The notes beneath the pieces were generated by a model. It did no database searches, was not told the origin of the DNA, and saw only the letters and a program-made list of their open reading frames with translations. This document shows positions 1-12,787 of a DNA stretch of 64,000 nt, one piece after another; positions within the stretch are counted from its first letter, which is position 1, and every line of letters begins with the position of its first letter. Made by a program: the position numbers and the translations under genes. The DNA comes from Psammoneis japonica (Eukaryota): positions 62,001 to 126,000 of the forward strand of contig QPGO01000148.1 of NCBI GenBank assembly GCA_008632985.1, given 5' to 3'.

Positions 1-1283
1 ATTCTTCCACTGTCGATGCAACAAGCCTCAATCACTCACCAATCTCATGCATTTGAGCAGAGACGAATTTGCACCATTCATTGTTGAAAACCAAAAGTCT
101 GCCCCTGATGCATTTGCAGGCTGCACAACTTCCCTGCAGACACAGCATGACATGGTCACAGTCATTGGATGGGCTTCCAAGAGCTGCGTTGGCTGCGTTT
201 TGAATGACCGCCCTGGCGATGCTAAGCTGGCCATGAGAGCATGCACTGCACTGGGAGGTGAGATTGACTTGGTCGCTGATGGGGTTGCCAAAGACTGCAC
301 TGTGATTGGTTTTGTCATTGATGGCAGTTGAAGAATCAGCTTCGTCGTCTTTGACAGCCAATGTGCTCTTTGGACCGGTGGCAGTCACTGCTGGGTTACG
401 TCAGCTGCGATCCATCAATCAAAGGACTGGGTTGGCACCAACAGGACACTCGACTCAGTCATCTTTGGCAGACACTCCACCCTTTCCTGCCTCTTCAAAG
501 AATCTCCACTCAACGCATTTGGCAAGATGAGCAAATCCAATGTTCTGAGCCACGGAGACAGACACTGGGCGAGGTGAAATCAAAGCAACATCTCCTCTGA
601 GATTGGAAAATGCACAGCAACATTCAAGCGCGCGAGTTGCTGGTGTCCTGGCTGGACAGAGAGCACGGAAGCATGGAACTTGTTCAACGAGCCACATGCA
701 GGATGTGGGCCATCTGAGAAAATCAAGACACAATCATCTCTGAAGATCCTCTGGCGACAGCAAAGCAAGGGCATCAGTTGGATTGCCAAGAGAGAGATTC
801 GGACCGTGGCAGCAAAACAATGCCCCATGGTGGGTGGTGATGTGTGTGTGGCTGGCCGCTGGCCGATGCGAAGAAACAGCGATCGCATCAGAAAACGTGT
901 CTCTCAATGCAGCCCCATGACAAACACAAATGTCTGTCATGTGCGTGTCAACAGAAAGCACGACATAGATTTGTTGCCTCACACAGACTTTTGGCGAAGT
1001 CGCAGGAGCAAACGCAGCAAACAAAAAAACAAATTGTGGCCATGGCGCTGAAGATTGTACAAGTGGCGGTGTTCCAAGTTTGGATTCGAGATGATTACTT
1101 TGATTGAACCCAGTGCCATTTAAATTGTGTCAAAACCAACTTCGCACTTGACGGACACGATTGCCTTCACGCGAAAATCCGAAAGACGCAAGCACGCACT
1201 GTGCCCGCTGTGCCACGCACTTTCTTCATCTCACAATCGCAGTTCTGGCAAGAGAGTGAAGTGTCGCATCAACAATGTCACCA

Positions 1284-2292
1284 TGTTGTCTTCTCTTGTC
1301 TTTGTGAACGTCGTGGTCAGCATTGGCCACCGTGACTTGATTGGAGTTATGATTCATCGCCAGAGCGCGTGCGATTGGCTTCGCGCCGGTCTTTGGTTCG
1401 GATGTTGCATGTTGCTTCAAGATCTCAACACAGTTGCCATCACGACATTCTCAGTGGTTCTCTGCATGGCTTGCGATGAGTGCATGAAACTCATGGACAC
1501 CTGGTTGCTCATCAAGCGGCAGAGCTTTCCGAGCGCCACTTTCAATTCGGTCTGGTCGTCCATCGTCGGGTCTCCCATCTGGAGCAAAGTCCATCTCTTC
1601 TTTGTCAAGCTCAAGTCATTCGCACTGAAGTGCATGGAGCTTGCTGTTTTCACATTGAAGGGAATCATCAAGCGTGTGGCTGGATGCGCGTTGCTTCTTT
1701 GTTCAAGCGTGCCGACAAGACAAGCGCCGCCGTCGTCTTGTTCAACGTCTGCCTGGCTTTCAAGAATTTCGATGTCAGCAGCCTCATGGGATTTCTCTTG
1801 CGTCTCATCCTGGGAGTGGCGCTGGCCTTTCTCATTCACGTGCATGCAACGGGATCGCATTTACCATCAACCGAGGAGGACCTGTCTGGCCATCGCGACG
1901 ACCATGTCAACAAGCCTTGGAAGGAGCCAACGTCCAAATTCAAGAAGGGACAGTGTGTGTGTCATCGCCATTCACACAAGACGTGGAGAGCAAAGATTTT
2001 AAGGGTCCATTTTGACGATGACCTTGACCCGCACTACGACGTGAAATTGGGCGATGCACGCGAGAAGCAGACCACCGAGGACCACCTTTCTGACAAGCTT
2101 GGCTCAGGTCACTTTCAGGTTTTTGTTGACATCTTTGACGACGATCCGGATTGCAGCTTGTTGCAAGGTGCTCAATGGGGGGAAGGGGACATCGTAAGTG
2201 CAATCTTGTGGCAATTGTTCCAACAAGATGTTCGACAGGGGAGGATTGCCGAGTGTCACATGTGGATGCGGTGTGACGAGTTTGCGTGTTGA
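1284..2292 (+). pseudogene. Degenerate gene: membrane segments plus a small SH3/Tudor-like module
   Basis: Overlapping ORFs 1127..2002 and 1480..2292. The segment KFKKGQCVCH..AKILRVHFDDDLDPHYDVKLGDAREKQT resembles a recurrent diatom motif (KVHxDDxLxPYYxIxLxDGREKQT) with Y replaced by C/H. Confidence 0.4.
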
Positions 2293-2940
2293 ATTCTTTG
2301 TTCAACTCGGGCTCTCTTTTTCCGAAAAAAAGGCCTTTGCTGTCAAGATCAGAGGGCGACCATCCATGTGCTTTTGAATGAGAGTTTGATTGATTGCATT
2401 GGGTCTTGAATTCAAGCTCGCATTGGACACACATTTAATTCGAGCTGATTCCGAAACATGTCATTGTTTCCGAACAGAGCATGTGAACGAGAACAAGAGA
2501 TTCACGCGGCACTCAAACTCAAATTCGCACCGGCATGAAGGTGGTGCCTTCTTTTTCGAAAGTGGAGGGGCGGCTGTTAAACAATCGAGAAAGGAAAGTT
2601 GAAGTCGAGGAAACCATTCAACACGAGAAACTCTTGCTCCCTCTGCAGGAGACGCTTTGCCACTCTAATTCAGTTGGGCAATCTGTTTTGGTTTCATTCA
2701 ATCAAGATGAGCAGAGTCTTGTAAAATAAAAAGATTGAACAAACAAGAAAATTTAATCAACACTTCTCTGTCTTGTCGCAAACCAGGTGAAAAGCACTGT
2801 TCATCGTTCGTGTCACAGCTTGCACTCGCAATCGATCGACACGCTGCTGCCGGCGGACTGGCATGGCACCCTTTAGACTAGCTGCGGATTTGTCTCTTGT
2901 TCAGTGCAGATTGACAGCAGCCACACTCTGCCAGCAGTCA

Positions 2941-3822
2941 TCAAGAACATGTGCCAACTAACTGTGCGGCATCTCTGGTTGCAGTCAGGCCAAGTAGATC
3001 CATTCCAGCTGCATGTCCCCTCAGATCGAAACCACAAGAGAGAAAAAGCCTCAACACCCGAAACATTTCGTGTGGAAGCTGGAAAGAATGCAGCTTGATT
3101 GTGAAACTCGAGGCACCAAGAAGGATGCTTTCAATGCACTTTGCACGAATCGCCTTGGAGGCGAGAATTGCATCAGTTTCTGGTTGATCCATTGCCCAGC
3201 GAGCAAGGTCGTGGGTCTTTTTTGTCACTGTTTTGGCCTGCTTTATGTCGTCTCTTTTGCTGCGGCAGGCCAACAGGGTGAAGATCCTTGAAAATTGTCG
3301 CCAAGCATGCCTCCTCCGCCTTCTTTTTTGATGCTTCCTGGAATGAGTGTGCACGGCAAATTCACTTGCTTTATTCTGCATCAAACAAGTCCGCCATGAG
3401 GAGACGTCTGTTTCCAAAGCACATTGGAGGGCCTCGCCCAACAATGCAGAAACATGCGAATGCCAAGAATGCAAAAGGCTCTCCTGACCAACAATGGCCG
3501 TGCTGGCCTTCCAATCAAAAAAGAAATCATCTCCTTCCTCGACGTTGTCGTCATGCTTCATGGCAAGTGAAAAGGCCAAGTGAATCAGATTCGAATGTCG
3601 TCGCTGAGCCACCGTGTGGAACAGCAGTTTACCATGCCAACGATCCGTCAACCAATTGAGGTTAGAGACATCGAAAGACATCAGAACTTTCTCTCGCGTT
3701 CCCATGCCAAGAGGCGCTTCGGGTCCCGCCAACTTGAGAGCTTCCTCCCTTCGACCGTCAACTTCTCCTTCAATCTCCTCCACACTTTTCCCAGACGCAA
3801 TGAGTCGCCCGATTTCCCCCAT
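2941..3822 (-). pseudogene. Degenerate protein-coding relic, function unknown
   Basis: Protein-like 293-aa ORF with no Tyr, inside the mutated block; no recognisable family. Confidence 0.3.
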
Positions 3823-4149
3823 GACACGATCCGTTGTGACTTTTGCACTCCCCTGACACGATCAAGGCGAGCCAGAAGTGGAGCGAAAACGTCCATCTTC
3901 CCTAGCTGCTCGGTGACAGGTCAAAAAGCAAACACAGTTGGCCAAAGGAAGGAGCCAAGGTGTGCTTCTGTTGCAAACAAATCAAACCTGCTTCAACCAT
4001 GTTCGCTACAAAATCCTTCAGTGGCTGAAAACGCAGCGACAACATCTGCCCGACCACACTCAATGATGGCAAACATCTCATCGCGGATCCAACCGATCAG
4101 CGCGGTTTCCATGATTTTATTGGCATTGCAAAGACACGTGGCCTTCCAC

Positions 4150-5400
4150 AACATCAGAAGCCACATGGCAGATCAACGCATCCCGAGCCGACGGCCGTGT
4201 CAAGTGAACAAAAAAAAACACGCTGTTTCAAAGGCCTCCACATCGGTTTCATTCGTGCAGTGTCCGAGCATTCACCCAAAAGCCAAAGACTTCGACAATG
4301 ACTCTGACAAAAACAGCAACCTGCATGCCACCATCCGTGGCCATAAAGCTCTTGAGGGTAAAAACAACCGACTCGGCAACATTGGGGAATCGCAAAGCGC
4401 ATCTGTGAACGGCCCGAATCAGCACATGTTTCGGCACAGACCATGCCCTTGGCTTCTGCCGTGGTGGAGTCCTGCTCTTGAGCAGTCTTGGCAACGTAGC
4501 GCTTGACCGTCGATGCGACATCAACAATGCAAAGGGCGACAATGTCCATGGCAACATCAAGGACCTTGCAATGACACATCTTGATGTCTTCCAATCATTC
4601 AAGAACAATGAGCTTGACATTGCTGTCATTCTTGCCATTCAACAAGTTTGCACAAGTGACGGCGGCAACCCGAATGGCAGTGGGTGCCGAAGAAAGCGAG
4701 ACTGGAGTCGTCCAAGCTGCCTCGCAGGACACGGCAGGACGTGCTGGAAAGCAACTGGAGACAAGACCCGGACAAATCGTGACTTCTGGGAAGGATCACG
4801 AAGACACACCATGCAAGTTAGTCCGGAAACAAGCAAGGTGAACCCATCTCCGTTCTTGCCAACGTCGTCCATGTTTTGGGCCAAGAACTGAACGGCCAAA
4901 TCCTCCGACTGATTGAAAACACGAGAAAAGCGCTTCTCCTCATGGCCATGTCTGTTTCGGCTTGGGAGGAATTCGTGCATGAGCTCTGGTGCATCGGGTG
5001 TCAAGTGCTCTCCAAAGAGCTTGTGAGCAACAAATGCGGCAAGCACCGCGTTCTCAACCTTGCAAAGAAAGCGCAGCATGCTGCCTCATGCGTGTTCATC
5101 CGGGTGATTCAACGTTGCACACCAAGAGGTGCCGGTGCTTGGGCACAACCTCCCAGCAAAGCATGCATGGCTTCTTCAATTGCTTGTCCTGCGAATTGAC
5201 ACAGAACCGAATCATGTGGTTGAGTTCGGAACTGAGCAACAAGCGACAGGAGAGAAGTTTTAAGCAGATTTATGAAGAGAAACAATCCTGACAAGCATGT
5301 GCTTATCCGGCCATCAACAAAGTGCCACAGCAACGAGAATGCAATGCTCACCTTTCCATCTCGGATGGCAGCTTGTGCGCCATCATGAATTTCTTCAAGC
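4150..5400 (-). pseudogene. Frameshifted coding relic, function unknown
   Basis: Chain of protein-like minus-strand ORF pieces (4639..5079, 4154..4594, 4249..4638) in different frames. Confidence 0.25.
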
Positions 5401-7312
5401 CTGCCACATCAACAAAGGCAGAGAAGGCGTCTGCGATTGCCGTAGCTCTGTCATGACTGCTGCCATCTGACAATGCCAACAAGGATAAAACAGCATGGCC
5501 ATGACGGCACTGCCCCGTGGTTGATGCAACACCAGCAAAACCTGTCGCTGGACGACAGCTCTTGGCACTTTCTGATGTACGGTGCGCACTTCGTGCATTG
5601 GTGAGACATGGCACTGTCGTGTGGTCATCAAACAGGTTGTGAATTTCAATCGCGCTAACTTGCCTGCAAGAAGTCATCATCCAGTCAGTGTGTGTTCAAA
5701 TTCATTCTTTCCTGAAGACTCCAAAAGACATTGTCATTGCCAGAGGTCCTCATCATTGGACAGCTCTATAAATTGCATCATGCATTTAAAACATTCACAT
5801 GTGGATGCACAAAAGAAAATGAAACAATGTGAGTTTCGGCTTCTGCCACCTCCTCTTTGTGAGTGTTGCGTGCCACTCTGCCTGCTGCGTGCAAAAGCTC
5901 ACACACATCAGGTCAGAGGAAAAGACCTGCAACTGTCATTTCTCTCCTTTTAAAACAGGCTTGTCAAAGTTTAGAGCCAAAGGCTCAGATTGTGGGGACC
6001 ATGGCGCGCTGCTTCACGGCACTCTTTTCTTTGATGCAAAGACAGCTTGTGCCCCCGAGAGCAAGTGATGGGCACGCCAAACCAACAAGACAAATTGTCC
6101 TCCAACCAAGCTCTCTGTTGCATGCTGCATGGACCCCAAAGTGCAGGAGCCACAAGGTCAAAAGTGCGCGGCTGCAAGATTGCACAAATGCCAGCTTTGT
6201 CATTGTGCAAAAGACAATGAGCAAAAATGCAACCCCGCGGTGACTGAAATGTCTCTTGTGCAGTCCACAAGCATGTGCTTGGGAGACAAAAGCCAGCCAT
6301 GCGCAACAAAGCCCAGCTCAAAAGCTTGGGTGCAGCGGGCAGTTTTGCTTGGTGGTCATTGAAGCACCTCCACACCACCAGGCTGAGTGACAAGAGAGAT
6401 GCTCCACAACTGCAAACAAAGCCCATCACCAAACAAGAGCATGTTTTGATTCAGCATTGACAGCTGCTTGCATCAAAGATGAGGGGCTTTCTCTGAGCTT
6501 CTTTGAGCAATCCATGGACATGGTCAAGCCCATTGAGCCCAGAACACCCTGCAGCTGACAAAGGAACTGAGAGAAGTGCAAAGAAACAGGAGGCACACAG
6601 AGTGATTGATGACAACAAGTCTCCTCTCTTGCACCTGCCACTTCAATGTTTCCAGCGGCATGTGGGGCTGCACACCTGTGCAGCACGCTTCCCCTGCTGT
6701 GCCACAAAGAAGAAGAAGAACTGCAGAGACATCTGCAGGACAATGAAGCAGCACACCCCTCTTGTCATGGCAGACAACAAGTGCGCCAAGTTGTGTGTGA
6801 ACAGTCAACCCATGATTGAGCTGTCAACAAAGAGCACGTGATGGTGCTCTCACTCAAATTGCTTGTGTGTCATCAAGCATCAAGGGAGTCCACACCATGG
6901 TTTGTCAAATCATTGCACAGGCTCCATTGAGAACAAACACCACCCAAAACAGCACATCCATAATTGGGGCCACAATGCCATGACACCAAAAAAGCCACAT
7001 TGCTTTTTTTCTGCACTCTTGGCAAGCACCTTGCTGCACCCATCATGGCAGATGACAAAGCACTGCTCGTGGTTTGCCTTGGTGTGAAGTGCCCACATTT
7101 GTGCTGTTCAAGTCAACCAGCTGCATGCAGGCCAACACCACAGCCATTGCACAAAACCAAGCCAGCCAGCAACACAAGAATGGGCCCCATTTGTGGCAGT
7201 TGAATGGCACACGCCAGCATGACAACAGCCAAGTGGACACACAGCACATTTTGAGTCAGCCAAACAGAAACAGATGGACCCACAAAGGCAGGGCACAACT
7301 GCTCTTGCTTGT

Positions 7313-7541
7313 TTGAGGAAAATGAAGGGTGAGGTGTTGACATTTTGGGCCATGCAGCACAGAGCATGAAGGTTGGCAACCCAAGAACTGCCATCCAAAG
7401 AAGCGCTGTTGATGGCACCACCAAGTTGAGGAGCAACCACACAGCCACAGCAGCCACACTTGATCCTCCTCAGCTTGAGGCAAATGAAGGGTGAGGTGTT
7501 GACATTTTGGGCCATGTGGCACAGCATGAAGGTTGACAACC
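7313..7541. repeat. Direct repeat, ~67 bp x2
   Basis: ttgagg(a/c)aaatgaagggtgaggtgttgacattttgggccatg...gcatgaaggttg(g/a)caacc at ~7313 and ~7475. Confidence 0.85.
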
Positions 7542-8093
7542 GATGGGCTCCAGCCCCAGGTGGGACTTTTTGTGACGTTGGGCCCGCAGAATTCTGCGTG
7601 CGAGCTCTGCAGCAAAATTGTCAAGCAATGGATGCACGAATGATCGCCAACAGAAAAAGAGGCAATTTTGCGAACGCATCTCCTCCTCCACACTTGAAGT
7701 GCATTCTTTACAGCAGAGAACTCCCAATTGCTCACCACGGAGTTGCTCGCCAAATGCTCACCATGACTTTTTCATCAAACGTTCTGTGTCATCATTTCCG
7801 TCACTTGCGTCACTTGCAAACTGCCACATCACCCGTTGGAGCCACTGATGTTCCCCCCCTTTTGTCAACAGACAAAGACTGACGCGAATGTGCCACAAAA
7901 GATGCAGAGCACACACTTGCGTTGTTGTTTGCATTGAAACGATGAGACGCCGACACCCCAAAGAGGCCATGCAATCCACACCCAAGAGGCCACACCATCC
8001 ATGCCATCCACACCCAAGTCTAAAAAAGATGCACAAGTGCCCAGGTTGTCCCATTGTGTTGCTGCAGCACAGCCAGAAAAAACAAGAAACGAC

Positions 8094-9530
8094 ATGAACA
8101 TTTCTCCCATGCTTTATCTGCCCGATTGGCTTGATCAACATGGGGCGGAAAACACGGCAGAAGATGAACTCAAGAAGCAAAGCAAGTCTCTACAATCCAT
8201 GAACTGGGTCACTGCTGGTTTGGAGGAAGAGATGCAAGCACAGGCTCCTTTGAACAGTGAGATTTGCCACGAGCGATTGAACGAGCACTGCAAGGAAGCA
8301 TTCAAGCAAAAGGCTGCAAAGCTTTTCCCCGAGGGTCCAGTGTTTGCACGTTGTGCTCAACTTGTGAGCGCTGTGAAGATTTTCTTGGAATGTGGGGAGC
8401 CAAAGGTGCGCATGTGCAAAAGACCATCCAGCACTTCTGTTCGCAACCCCAGCAAAGGAAAAAGAGCAAGCCTCAACCGTTTGGCGATGCATCTAACCAA
8501 TGCAACATTGCTCCATCGATGAAAGCCCAGTGCAAATGCCCTTTCCAAATCAAGCACAGCTTTGTTAAAAAAAAAATGAAGGACCGGTTCACTGGCAAGG
8601 TTCGGCCCAGCATTTTCCGCCAAGTGAAGATTGCAAATGCCGTGCATGAACATTCTTGTGAATTGAACACGGTGCACGAACGAATGGCAAAGCATGCCAG
8701 TGGATCCACCCAACCAAGCTTGGATGGACTTCAGAGTGCAGTTGATGATCTCCGAGACCAACCATGCATGAAGGCAGAAGAACTTCATTGTAAACTGCTG
8801 AAGCACCTGCCTTCGCATGTGGGTGCTGATGCCAAATTCACAGCCAACTTTCAAAGCCGCATTGCCAACTGGATGCTGTGCAATGATGAAGATGCCGAGG
8901 TGTCACCAGAAGACATGAAGCATCTCACATCAAAGATGCCCATGGCATCAGATGAATTGATTGTTTTGGACAGTTCTTTGACGAGGCTCAATCTCAGACA
9001 AATGCTGCAGAAGATCATGCAAAACAGTGGGTCGACCTGGGATGCACTGCAGTGTTCACAAGATCCAAAGACGCAACTCTTTGCGTTTGACTTCCATTTG
9101 AAATGCGATGACACAGGACGACCAGAAGCACTTTGCTGGATGACGGGGGAAATGCGGCACTGCTTGCTGCGGTGTGGCGATGTTCTGTTCCTGGATGGTC
9201 AGAAGCGACAGCACAATGGTCAAGGGTGGCCATGCATTGGACCCTGTGCAAAGGATTGCGAAATGAAGGTTGGATGCGTGGCGGAGTGTGCTTGCATGGA
9301 AGAAGCCCACAAGTGCTGCCGATGGATGCTTCTGTCCGCTGTCGACATGGAGCCACGTTGGAGTGTCGATTGCATCTGAGTGGTGTTTGCCAACCAACAC
9401 ATTGCTCAAGGTTTTGTTCACTTGCTAGAATTGGAATGTGAAAAGGACAAAGGCGACCACCACACACTTCTCAGGGGTGACCACCATCACTCTCTTAACG
9501 AGCTGCTCCCGTCAAACGAAGCATTTGGAC
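8094..9530 (+). pseudogene. Mutator-like (MULE) DDE transposase relic, frameshifted and 3'-truncated
   Basis: CPFQIK..HEHSC (N-terminal Zn-finger-like). LCWMT..LLRCGDVLFLDGQKRQHN..GWPCIGP..AEC..EE..CRWML..EPRW matches the MULE core (YGDVLFLD..YN..WPY) with Y->C/H. Frameshift near 8390, stop at 9377-9379. Confidence 0.8.
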
Positions 9531-9616
9531 CAGTGTGCACAACGATTCAGTGCCAGATGATGTGGCACCCCACGCTGTGTAAAGACACACAGTTCCCGTT
9601 TCCATTGATTCATCCT

Positions 9617-9998
9617 CTGTGGGAGGCACTGGAGCGTGGCAACATGGAGTGTGAGAGACAGCGCGATCGCACTTTTGACGTTGTGGGAGTGCGACAGCCA
9701 TGGAAATGTCATTGCCTGTTGCAACAAGCACAGCAGGAACAGCACAGGGTGTGGCAGTTGTCTGAATGGTGCTGACGGCGTGGTGACTGTGGGAGGCACT
9801 GCAGCATGGCAAAATGGAGCGTGAGAGAGTGGCATCGTGCTTTGACATTTTGGGAACACGATGGCCACAGAAACGTCATTGCCTGTTGAAACACACACAG
9901 CAGGAACAGTGCAGGGTGCGGTGGTTGCCTGAATGGCGCTGATGGCATTGGATTCATTGTGGCAACTGTGGGAGGTGCTGGAGCGTGCCAGAGACAGC
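9617..9998. repeat. Diverged tandem repeat, ~170-180 bp x2 plus a partial third
   Basis: Units begin ctgtgggagg at ~9617, ~9788 and ~9966 and share gtcattgcctgttg..cacagcaggaacag..ctgaatgg. Minus strand reads as a Pro/Thr-rich peptide repeat. Confidence 0.8.
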
Positions 9999-10779
9999 TT
10001 GAGTTGTGGCAAACAATTTTGTCGGTGGCTGGTCAAGGAGAGGCAAAGCACCTTCATCATCTCTTGAACCAGGTGCACCAGGAACAGCGTGGGGCATGGT
10101 GGTCACGGGAAAGGCAACCACGGCGTTTTCATTCATGACAGAAGCTGCGGCAGGCACTGGAGTGTGAGAAACAAAGTGTCAATGAACAAGCTCTAATTTT
10201 GGCAGTTGTGGGCATGCGAAGGCCACACAAACAACATCACCTGTTGTGCCAGAGGAATTGGCAAATGAACAAAGTGGTGGCGCATCAGGGGAAGGTGATG
10301 GAGACGAGTGTTTTGAAACCATCATGGTGGACTTATGTTGTTTTATTGGTGTTGACAGCGACTTGTCTTGACGCGTGCTTTTTCGTTGGTTTCGCGATCG
10401 CGGTGCTCGCGAACACTGCTAGAGCACGCGTAGTCTATTCAAGCAAAGACAAGTCTTGCATGTATGGTGCGGTTTATATTTTTATTCAAATCTGATAAAT
10501 CTGAATACATAATGCACTGAGACTGCGTCTGGCCGTGGGGAGTGGGGGGTGGGGAGGCAGGAGGGGTCGGTCGGGGACAAAATCCGAGAACCTGATGGCC
10601 GACAGACGTGGTGAGCACGTGGTGAATGAGCGAGCGAGATAGATGAGCGGGCGCGGGCCGATGGTTGTGTGACAGTCCGTCCGTGCACCTCCACCATTTG
10701 TAATCTGCTTTAAAATGAAGACTCTCTACTAGTTTTATCCCAATGACACGAATAGGATACAGTGCTGGTAGGGCAATTT

Positions 10780-11583
10780 CTACCTCCACGACAAGGAATC
10801 TGAAGAGTACGTACTTCTGCGCCCCAAAGGCCAACTCTTGGTGGCAAGTGTTTCGTCTCCAAAGTAGTCACCGACAAAGACCCAACCTAAACAAAATCGT
10901 GAGGCGTCTGACTCATCATCCCAATGTAGAAGTTTCCTCAGTCGATCAGGATTCTGAATCATTTGATTGGTTTCATCCTCCGTCTTATTGATGGTCTTGT
11001 CGTACACGCCGCCCGAGCTCCAATACGCGCCCAACCCGTGTGCGGTTGCCACGAGAAACATGTTTTGGACCGCCATGCTTACACTGGCAACTTCTTCGAT
11101 AAAGGGATTCTTCTTTTGTGCGTCGTGAACGATAATTGCAATAATGTGGGATGCCTTTGTGGCGTTCGTTCGCTTCTTGTCAAACTTTTTTTGTAAAAAC
11201 GGTTTTCCTGTAGCCGTACAGGCATCCTTGTAACTATCCGCCAGGAATTCACCCAATTGTTGCTTGCTCGAAAACGATTCAAACACGACAAATTCCCATG
11301 GTTGAGTGACATGGTGTGTCGGTGCCCATCTTGCTGCTTCCAACATTTGCTCAATCACTGCACGTTCCACAGCCTTGCCCGAGTATTGCTTGGGAAAGAT
11401 GGAGCGCCGCTGTAAAATGACATTTAATACTTGCTCGGGTGATGACAAGGTGGGTCTTCTTGCTTGTGATAAAGCTCGCTTTGCTTTTTTTCGCCTTTGC
11501 AGCAATAGAGCCGACGTTCCGGCAATGGCAACTACGACGACTGTCGCCAAAACACTTGAAGAGGGGTGATTTGAATTCGTCAT
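10780..11583 (-). CDS. Nitroreductase family protein (YdjA-like) with N-terminal membrane anchor
   Basis: 267-aa intact ORF with RRSI, EAARWAPTHHVTQPWEFVV and AVQNMFLVATAHGLGAYWSSG motifs of the FMN nitroreductase fold. Confidence 0.9.
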   Translation of the reverse strand: MTNSNHPSSSVLATVVVVAIAGTSALLLQRRKKAKRALSQARRPTLSSPEQVLNVILQRRSIFPKQYSGKAVERAVIEQMLEAARWAPTHHVTQPWEFVVFESFSSKQQLGEFLADSYKDACTATGKPFLQKKFDKKRTNATKASHIIAIIVHDAQKKNPFIEEVASVSMAVQNMFLVATAHGLGAYWSSGGVYDKTINKTEDETNQMIQNPDRLRKLLHWDDESDASRFCLGWVFVGDYFGDETLATKSWPLGRRSTYSSDSLSWR

Positions 11584-12787
11584 GTGGATTCCGCAAGGCT
11601 ACTTTCGGTATTCTGGCAGCAAAACTTAGAGCAAGAGAAACAAGAAAAGGCATGAACTGCAAGTATCGTCATATAGATTCGACAACAAGAAAAACAAGAC
11701 GGCCATTCAACAGCAGAGCATAGTATTGAAAAGCGAGAGAGAGAGGACTCTGAGCAAGGATGATCCGACATATCATGCATATTCCCTCCATAGAGAGGGC
11801 GCCCAAAGGAACAAGACCAATCCGCACAGAAATAAATGTTCTCTCTTAACTACTCAGCAAAACGAATATATCCTTTTTTTGCACGCCACGTTTTGTGGCA
11901 CAGTCGTTTTGACAGCTGAGAGCAGTATAAGGATATGCTCTACTAGAGCAGACTTGAGTATAAACATGAATGACCATGAGAGGAATGAAATCTTTTATGT
12001 TCCAATGGTTTCAGACGGCACTTCCTAACGCGGATAATCTTCATTGTCCTCTCGAATAATAATAAGAACGTCTCCTTTTGGATTTCAAGGCCACGAGTAA
12101 AACGTGCCTCCTCCATCATGTATAAGAATCGGAACCCAGTGCTATTTATTGGCATTCATTGACGTTTTCTTCTGTGCTGCACTCCTGAACAAGTCACAAT
12201 TTACCAAACCATATAACTTACTCTCGCTTACGGTTCTTTTCAGTTGCCTTGTGAGTTGTGGTGAATGCACAACATAAGGCTCTCTGAGTGTTTGTTGTTG
12301 CGCTGCAATAGAAAAGCGGCCATTCATCCTTCATCCATGCATCATGCCTTTTAGTTATTTTTCTGCTTGCGCTGTTTTCGTTTGAGGTTATGAGTTGTGA
12401 TTTTGAAGGGCGCGGGCCGACGGACGGATCGTTGAATGACGGATCGTTGAATATTTATAACCGTATTTGATACAATTTATCTAAAAAATTCTATTGCCCA
12501 ACGCTTTTGAGTCCCGTGGCGATCTTCATATCATTTTATTCAGCTTTGTAGCTATTGAGTCGTGTATTGTCGTCATTTTCGGCTCTCTCGCGCGCTCCAC
12601 GCTCTCGCGCCCTCCGGCGCTCCGGCCTCTTCAGAGACGTTCAATGTCTCTCATGTTGTGTGAATGGTGTTGTGAACGAGAAACAAACGTGGTGTGAATC
12701 AATCACCGCCTTGTCGGATGCTTCTTCTACTGAATTAGCATTGATTAAAATTGACATTTTATTCTCGTTGTGATTTGAGAATATCGA

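Larger units (their letters stand above)
1..10330. other. TpA-depleted hypermutated block 1 (relic/TE DNA)
   Basis: TA is very rare and TG/CA abundant. Long ORFs contain no Tyr (8264..9379, 371 aa; 2941..3822, 293 aa). TA returns at ~10330-10440. Boundary approximate. Confidence 0.9.

Noticed and set aside
7600..10440. TIR/TSD pair delimiting the first MULE relic
   Set aside because: I could not find a convincing inverted match between ~10340-10440 and the region upstream of the transposase.
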